Assembly: GCA_039818205.1 (NCBI GenBank)
Contig: JBCBUK010000009.1
Coordinates: forward strand, 96,001-160,000
Direction: 5' to 3'
Source: Verrucomicrobiota bacterium
GTDB taxonomy: Bacteria > Verrucomicrobiota > Verrucomicrobiia > Opitutales > Cerasicoccaceae
DNA length: 64,000 nt
Part shown: piece by piece, positions 58,604 to 64,000 of the stretch
How positions within the stretch are numbered: position 1 is the first letter of the stretch
Layout of the letters: each line of letters begins with the position of its first letter
Translations under genes and position numbers: made by a program
Notes under the pieces: generated by a model
The model's database searches: none
What the model was told of the DNA's origin: nothing
The model's input: the letters and a program-made list of their open reading frames with translations, nothing else

Positions 58604-59554
58604 ATGGCATCTCCAAAGAGTAGGTTAGGTCGCGGTTTAGGCGGCATTATTTCGGGCGGTGGAGCGAAGAAGGGTGCGGCAAAGAAAGCGACTGCTAAGC
58701 CCGCCGTATCGGCGTCCAAAAAAGCCGAACCGGCACCTCCGAAGAAAAAAGAAGAACCTGCTGGTCCCTACCGGGAAATCGCCGTTAGCGCGATCGAGCC
58801 CAATCCGTATCAGCCGCGCCGCGAAATGGATCCTGAGCATGTTGCGGAACTCGCTGCCAGTATCGCTTCTGAAGGGCTGCTTCAGCCAATTGTTGTTCGT
58901 GAGTCTTCCAAAGGGAAATATGAATTGATCGCGGGTGAACGTCGTTGGCGGGCGCACCAGAAGTTGGGTTTGAAAGCCATATCGGCCCGGGTTATGGCCG
59001 CTTCCGACACGTCGTCGGCTGTCATTTCATTGATCGAAAATTTGCAGCGTGAGGGGTTGAATCCGATTGAAGAGGCGCTTGGTTATGCGAGCCTCATGAA
59101 AGATTTCGATCTGACCCAGGAGGCGGTGTCGCAACGCATTGGCCGCCCGCGTGCTTCGATTGCGAACACCCTTCGACTATTGGCACTCGATCGCGAGATT
59201 CAGGGATACCTTGCGAAGGGAATGCTGTCGACCGGTCATGCTAAGGTACTCCTTGGAGTCGAAGATCCGAGTCAACGCCTCCTGCTGGCTCGCCGTATCT
59301 TGGAGTCCGGGATGAGTGTCCGCGACGCCGAGCGCCAGGTGAAACGCATTAAGAGTGAAGCCTCGCTGCGCGGGGAGAATCGCGATGCGCAGGGGGCTGA
59401 GGACACTGTTGTCCGCGATCTGGAGAAGCAGCTTTCCAGTCAATTGAACACGAAAGTCCACCTGAAGCATACACCGAAAAAGGGGCGTATCATCATCGAA
59501 TATTTCGGAAACGAGGATTTGCAACGGATTCTGGAACGGACCGGCCTGCAATAG
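58604..59554 (+). CDS. parB: Chromosome partitioning protein ParB/Spo0J
   Basis: LGRGL, NPYQPR, GLLQPI, AGERRWRA, ENLQRE, HTH RASIANTLRLL. Confidence 0.96.
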   Translation: MASPKSRLGRGLGGIISGGGAKKGAAKKATAKPAVSASKKAEPAPPKKKEEPAGPYREIAVSAIEPNPYQPRREMDPEHVAELAASIASEGLLQPIVVRESSKGKYELIAGERRWRAHQKLGLKAISARVMAASDTSSAVISLIENLQREGLNPIEEALGYASLMKDFDLTQEAVSQRIGRPRASIANTLRLLALDREIQGYLAKGMLSTGHAKVLLGVEDPSQRLLLARRILESGMSVRDAERQVKRIKSEASLRGENRDAQGAEDTVVRDLEKQLSSQLNTKVHLKHTPKKGRIIIEYFGNEDLQRILERTGLQ

Positions 59555-59655
59555 GTCTATATGTCTTGGATTGAGTTGGAATTTCCGTTGGATTTTATCC
59601 TTGAAGCGACTGGGCTGACGGGTCAATCTGCGCGGTTTCCCATTTTCTTACCGAT

Positions 59656-60612
59656 ATGAGCGCAATCATTTATGGCCTTCTTTCCGTCTTGCTGATTTTA
59701 GTCAGCGGTTATCTTCTGCTGATTATTCTCATGCAGCGTGCGAGCAGCAATTCTGGCTTGGGCTCGGCTCTTGGCGGTGGCGCCGCTGAATCCGCATTAG
59801 GCGCAGGCGCTGGCAATGTTTTGACCCAAGGAACGATCTGGGGAAGTGCCGCGTTCTTCGTCATTTCGTTCGCTTTGTATCTAGGATACCTCGCCCAAGC
59901 TGAGGACACCGGACCGAGCAACACTTTGCCAACCGAGATTAGCGCGCCAGAGTCCGAAACCACTGCGACCGAGCCGGTCACTACGCCGTTGGTTCAGTTA
60001 CCCGAAGGCATGGAATTTACCGCAACTAGCCAGCAGCTAGACGGCGACACCACGACGGTAACGACTGATCAAGGAACTTCGACGGTAACTATTCCGCAGG
60101 ACGTTCAAGATGCAGTCAACGAGGTGAAGTCTGGTGCTGATTCAGCTGCTAGTGACGTTAAGGACGCGGCCGAGTCGACAGCTACGAGCATCCAGGAAGG
60201 TGCTCAAAACGCTGGTAGCGAGATCCAAGAAGGCGCTGACAAAGCTGGAACCGCTATTAAGGAAGGATCGGAATCCACTTCGAAATCGATTCAAGAGGGT
60301 GCTGATAAGGCCGGGGCTGCGATTCAAGAAGGCGCAGACAAGGCTGGCGCTGCCATTAAGGAAGGATCGGAATCAACCGCGAAATCGATTCAAAAGGGTG
60401 CTGATACGACCGGAGCTGCGATTCAAGAAGGCGCAGACAAGGCTGGCGCTGCTATCCAAGAGGGCGCTGAAGCCGTTGCGAATGAAGCCCAAAAGGGTGC
60501 CGAAGAGGTATCTAATCAATTTGACGCTTTGAAGAAGCAGGCCACTGATGCGGCCGATGACACTGCGGCCGCTGCTGAATCGGCGACTTCAGAAGAAACA
60601 AAAGCAGAGTAA
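59656..60612 (+). CDS. secG: Preprotein translocase subunit SecG with long repetitive C-terminal extension
   Basis: Two TMs flanking ILMQR...GLGSALGGGAAESALG...NVLT; about 240 extra C-terminal residues. Confidence 0.85.
   Translation: MSAIIYGLLSVLLILVSGYLLLIILMQRASSNSGLGSALGGGAAESALGAGAGNVLTQGTIWGSAAFFVISFALYLGYLAQAEDTGPSNTLPTEISAPESETTATEPVTTPLVQLPEGMEFTATSQQLDGDTTTVTTDQGTSTVTIPQDVQDAVNEVKSGADSAASDVKDAAESTATSIQEGAQNAGSEIQEGADKAGTAIKEGSESTSKSIQEGADKAGAAIQEGADKAGAAIKEGSESTAKSIQKGADTTGAAIQEGADKAGAAIQEGAEAVANEAQKGAEEVSNQFDALKKQATDAADDTAAAAESATSEETKAE
60190..60519 (+). repeat. 33-bp (11-aa) tandem repeat, about 10 units, with a 99-bp higher-order period, inside secG
   Basis: IQEGADKAGAA / IKEGSESTSKS units; ATTCAAGAAGGCGCAGACAAGGCTGGCGCTGC recurs 99 bp apart. 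Confidence 0.9.
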
Positions 60613-60645
60613 AGTTGTCTCCTAGGTAAGCCGATAGGCTTTCTC

Positions 60646-61503
60646 ATGCGACACATTGCCATCCTCTTAATTTCCCTGCTCGGCCTGAGCGCGACACTTG
60701 TTGCGCAGCGGCCAGGCGAACGCGCACACGGCCCAAAGAAGGTTGAGCCGATTGATCAATCCGAGGCAGATGCTTTTGTTGAGGACTTTCGCAATCAGCG
60801 ACTGCGCGGAGATTATATCTTCCTATTTAATCTCAACCATTTCGAGCGCCGAGGAGGCGAGGTCCCCTATGAAGGTATTTTGTGGGGAACCTGGAATGTA
60901 GAAGGACCCGTCAATCGTGTGTCGGTTTGGCCTCGCGGACAGCGTAAGACGCATTCCCGCGACTTTATTGTCCAAGGAGGCGCCGAGCCGAAGATTTGGT
61001 CCTTAGAGGACGGAGAGGTGGTCGAATTAAAGGCCAAGGATCAAGGCAAGCCGTTTTTCAAAGGGATGGTGTATACGCCATACGATGTGGTTATGCCCTT
61101 TGCCTACTGGGAGATGTTTGACTACACCGGTTCGAAGCGTGTGCGGGGACGTCCTGCCCACCAATTTGTATTCTACGCTCCAGGCGATGTTACTCAGCGC
61201 ATGCCCGACCTAGCAGCAGTCGAACTTGTCTTGGATGCAGATTTCAATGCTCCGATCAAAGCGGCCATGCTAGACGTCAATGGCGAGGACCTCCGGACGA
61301 TGGACTTTAGTGGTTTTAAGGAGATCAACGAACAGTACATCGTGAAAGAGATCGACTTGATCGACGAGCGTACCCGTGACTATACCCGCTTTCGGGTGAC
61401 GGATGCAGCGCTGGGACTCGACTTACCGGCCGAAGTTTTCGAACCCAGAGACTTATCGGAAGGTGTGCCCAGTTTGACTCGGGTGATCTTCGAGCCAGTT
61501 TAG
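60646..61503 (+). CDS. Outer membrane lipoprotein-sorting (LolA-like) protein
   Basis: Signal peptide; FKGMVYTPYD, FKEINEQYIVKEIDL, LPAEVF. Confidence 0.65.
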   Translation: MRHIAILLISLLGLSATLVAQRPGERAHGPKKVEPIDQSEADAFVEDFRNQRLRGDYIFLFNLNHFERRGGEVPYEGILWGTWNVEGPVNRVSVWPRGQRKTHSRDFIVQGGAEPKIWSLEDGEVVELKAKDQGKPFFKGMVYTPYDVVMPFAYWEMFDYTGSKRVRGRPAHQFVFYAPGDVTQRMPDLAAVELVLDADFNAPIKAAMLDVNGEDLRTMDFSGFKEINEQYIVKEIDLIDERTRDYTRFRVTDAALGLDLPAEVFEPRDLSEGVPSLTRVIFEPV

Positions 61504-61600
61504 TTATTAAACGAGGACCAAAGCGCGATTTGCGCAATTTTGGTGCTGATAGTCGCTTAAGGCACTTGAGGCTAAGGGACATTTTTGATAACATGAACCC

Positions 61601-62206
61601 ATGCGAAATTATCTTCTCCCCCTAATAGCATTTCTCGCCGGTTCGGCAGTTTCTTCAGCTCAACTCGTCACCTGGGATTTGACCAGCGGCGGGGATACTC
61701 CTAACACCTTTAGCAATATGATCGGTGCTGAGGAGACCGCGACCATCGGAGCCAACGTCCTCACAGCAACTTTGATATCAACCACTGGTAGCGGTGGATT
61801 GGGTGACAACGGTTCTCGATTTTATATCGGCAACGCCGGTGTCGCGCCTGTAACGACGGTTGTCGACATTACCATCGTCAACGGTGGTTTGGATCAGGAA
61901 TTTACTTTTGAAGGTATCTCGTCGATGTCCTTGAATGGTGATGACGGAGGCGTGGACTCTTTTGTTGGTATGCTTGGAGTAGCTGAGGTCTGGAATATCA
62001 GCACGGCTGGCTCGGATATCACTAGTATCGCCGCGCAAGCAGGAACAATCGATAGGATTGTGTGGACCGCTAGTGGTGGTGAGTTCGGGCACTTCTTTCA
62101 GGACCTTTCGGCCAACGTTAGCGTTGTGCCTGAGCCGTCATCCTATGCTCTCACGGTTGGACTTGGCGCTCTTTGCTTCCTCGCGTGGCGACGGCGCCGT
62201 GGGTGA
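61601..62206 (+). CDS. PEP-CTERM sorting domain protein
   Basis: Signal peptide; VPEPSSYAL + TM + RRRRG. Confidence 0.92.
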   Translation: MRNYLLPLIAFLAGSAVSSAQLVTWDLTSGGDTPNTFSNMIGAEETATIGANVLTATLISTTGSGGLGDNGSRFYIGNAGVAPVTTVVDITIVNGGLDQEFTFEGISSMSLNGDDGGVDSFVGMLGVAEVWNISTAGSDITSIAAQAGTIDRIVWTASGGEFGHFFQDLSANVSVVPEPSSYALTVGLGALCFLAWRRRRG

Positions 62207-62253
62207 TTACTAAGCCCCGGAATACTGGGCCCGGGCATATTTAGTTTTAACTG

Positions 62254-62289
62254 AGGCACAGGCGCAAAGTCTGGGCCTTTTTATTTTAT
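62254..62289 (+). terminator. Rho-independent terminator
   Basis: AGGCACAGGC-GCAAA-GTCTGGGCCT followed by TTTTATTTT. Confidence 0.55.
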
Positions 62290-62375
62290 ATAGCGCCATG
62301 CGCAACCTGCCAACACCGGCATTTGTATTGGAAGCTGTATTGGCTGAGAGTATTCGAACGATGAATGACTCTGGA

Positions 62376-63017
62376 CTATTGAACTCCCCGCAGGTTCTCA
62401 AAAAACGATTTGAGTTTTGCGGGGTCTTTCTTGCCGGGCTCACTTTCGATACCGCTGTTCACATCAACGATCTCCGTGCCGGTTGCCTCGACGGCAGCGA
62501 CAACGTTGTCGGGAGATAGCCCGCCCGCCAGGACAAACTGCTTGTGTGGGTACAGCGTTTTCCATTCGGCGAATTTCTCCCAATTGCCGGTCTGACCCGA
62601 GCCGCCATATTTATCCTTGTGGTAGGTGTCGACGAGGATTGTATCCGCAAACTCAAGAATGCTTTGGGGAAAGGGTTCGTTAGGCGGAATTTTTGGAGCA
62701 AGCCACAAACGTTCCCGACCGACAATCCCGCACCAGGCGGCGAGCGTTGCGTAGTTGGTCTCGAGGTCGCAATGGATCTGAAAAAAGTCGTAGCCGAGAT
62801 CAGCCCAGTTCTCGAGCTCGTCGGTTCCGGTATTGACATCCACCATGACCCGTTTGCCAGCGGGGATTCGCTGGCAGAGATCGAAGGCTTGATCGCGGGT
62901 GACGGCGCGGGGAGATTTCGGATAGACTATGGTGCCACAATAATCGGCTCCGAGGTCGATCACCGCGCTAACATCCGTCCATCGGGTAAGCCCGCAGACT
63001 TTGATTTTCGGAGTCAT
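62376..63017 (-). CDS. trpF: Phosphoribosylanthranilate isomerase
   Basis: KIKVCGLT, KSPR, YGGSG, LAGGLSPDNV, DVNSGIESEPGKKD. Confidence 0.95.
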   Translation of the reverse strand: MTPKIKVCGLTRWTDVSAVIDLGADYCGTIVYPKSPRAVTRDQAFDLCQRIPAGKRVMVDVNTGTDELENWADLGYDFFQIHCDLETNYATLAAWCGIVGRERLWLAPKIPPNEPFPQSILEFADTILVDTYHKDKYGGSGQTGNWEKFAEWKTLYPHKQFVLAGGLSPDNVVAAVEATGTEIVDVNSGIESEPGKKDPAKLKSFFENLRGVQ

Positions 63018-63030
63018 ATCTCCTAACTCA

Positions 63031-64000
63031 TTAAAACGCGTTCCAGATGGCGTCAATGTCGACGTTATCTAGAATCAGATTTTGAATAATTGGAATCTTG
63101 TCCGTGTCCTGAGGCTGAGTCTTGACCGTCATGGAATTGATGCGGCTGGCCACGGAGTAACTCTCTTCGCTGCAAATGACGCAAGGGATCTTGGTTTGCG
63201 CGAGCATTTCCATGAGCTTCGGATGCGGCAGGATATTGCGAGTCAGCACGATGCCGCTCACAACCTTTTTGCCAGAGATACCGGCGCTTGCGATCGCGGA
63301 GAAAATTATGTCATCCCGGTCGCCCGGTGTAATGATCAGCACGCCTGGCTGCAGGTAGTCGATGACTCCCTTTGCGGTCATCGCACCGATGACGACGCGC
63401 AGAATACGTTCGTTGGCGGCTTGTTCGCGTCCATTGATCCAGCGACCACCAATCTCGTCGACGATTTGAGAAAGGTTCGGCGCGGCGAGCTGCTTTGCGA
63501 GTGGAAGCACGCCGAGCAGGGGAACGCCGAGTCGCTTGAGACCTGCGCCTGCGTAGGTGCGAATCGTGTCGATTTTTTCTGGGAGCACCTTGTTCAAGAT
63601 GGCTCCGATGACTTCAACGCCGTGCTTGTCGAAGAGTGCCTTGTTGATCGCAATCTCATCAACGGGTCGCCCGATTCCACCTTGGGCGACGACGATTGCT
63701 TTGGCCCCGAGGAGTTTGGCGACTTGGGCGTTAGAAAGGTCAAATACGGCTCCGACACCAGCGTGTCCACTGCCTTCGATGATACAGACTTCCTTCTCAT
63801 AGGCTGCGCGGTCGAACGCGCGGCTGATCCGGTCCTGCAAAATGCCGAGGTTCTCTTCCGGGTTGTCGAGGAAGCGCCGGGTAAACGTGCCGTCAACGGC
63901 AACGGGGCTCATCGCATCGATCGGCGTTTGGACGTCATAGATGGAATCGAGGAGGACGGAATCCTCATCGACCCGATGGCCGTCTTTTTCCACGAAACGC
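63031..64000 (-). CDS. BioD-like/DRTGG protein (Pta N-terminal-like, no Pta catalytic domain); 5' end outside the window
   Basis: IIEGSGHAGVG, GGIGRPVDE, ILNKV, ITPGDRDD; the ORF stops after the DRTGG domain. Confidence 0.85.
   Translation of the reverse strand, partial: RFVEKDGHRVDEDSVLLDSIYDVQTPIDAMSPVAVDGTFTRRFLDNPEENLGILQDRISRAFDRAAYEKEVCIIEGSGHAGVGAVFDLSNAQVAKLLGAKAIVVAQGGIGRPVDEIAINKALFDKHGVEVIGAILNKVLPEKIDTIRTYAGAGLKRLGVPLLGVLPLAKQLAAPNLSQIVDEIGGRWINGREQAANERILRVVIGAMTAKGVIDYLQPGVLIITPGDRDDIIFSAIASAGISGKKVVSGIVLTRNILPHPKLMEMLAQTKIPCVICSEESYSVASRINSMTVKTQPQDTDKIPIIQNLILDNVDIDAIWNAF

Noticed and set aside
60190..60519. Regular ~33-bp repeats as a possible CRISPR array
   Set aside because: The units are contiguous, in frame, vary at codon third positions, have no unique spacers, and no cas genes are present: a coding repeat.
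63031..64000. Phosphate acetyltransferase (pta) or a truncated pta pseudogene
   Set aside because: The ORF ends cleanly after the DRTGG domain, just before trpF; stand-alone BioD-like/DRTGG proteins are a known family.

Overview
A gene-dense 64 kb bacterial chromosomal segment. It is most likely from Verrucomicrobiota (Opitutales/Puniceicoccaceae-like); this is inferred from the PEP-CTERM proteins plus exosortase, the hopanoid genes and the general gene content. Most of it is scattered housekeeping: pyrRB, fabI, rsmA, trpC/trpF, panC, orn, apt, secA, der, carA, psd, hisD, fmt, parB and secG. I saw no rRNA, tRNA, CRISPR array, integrase or transposase. The best candidate for an undescribed system is a divergent three-gene switch at 38.2-39.5 kb: an RHH protein fused to a PD-(D/E)XK nuclease-like domain faces a small RHH protein and an excisionase-like HTH protein, across an AT-rich spacer with an IHF-consensus site and three TAATAAATT boxes. 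Other notable items: a dispersed hopanoid pathway with an HpnD-HpnE fusion and a double-TerB gene between the squalene genes; a 147-aa minimal kinase paired with a PP2C phosphatase; near-identical sigma54-type promoters before an orphan ParB-like gene and a cytoplasmic NasS/NrtA-like sensor; SecG with a long 11-aa repeat tail; and a receiver domain ending in a MinD-like membrane-targeting helix. All product calls come from motifs recognised by eye, not from database searches, and start codons are best guesses.
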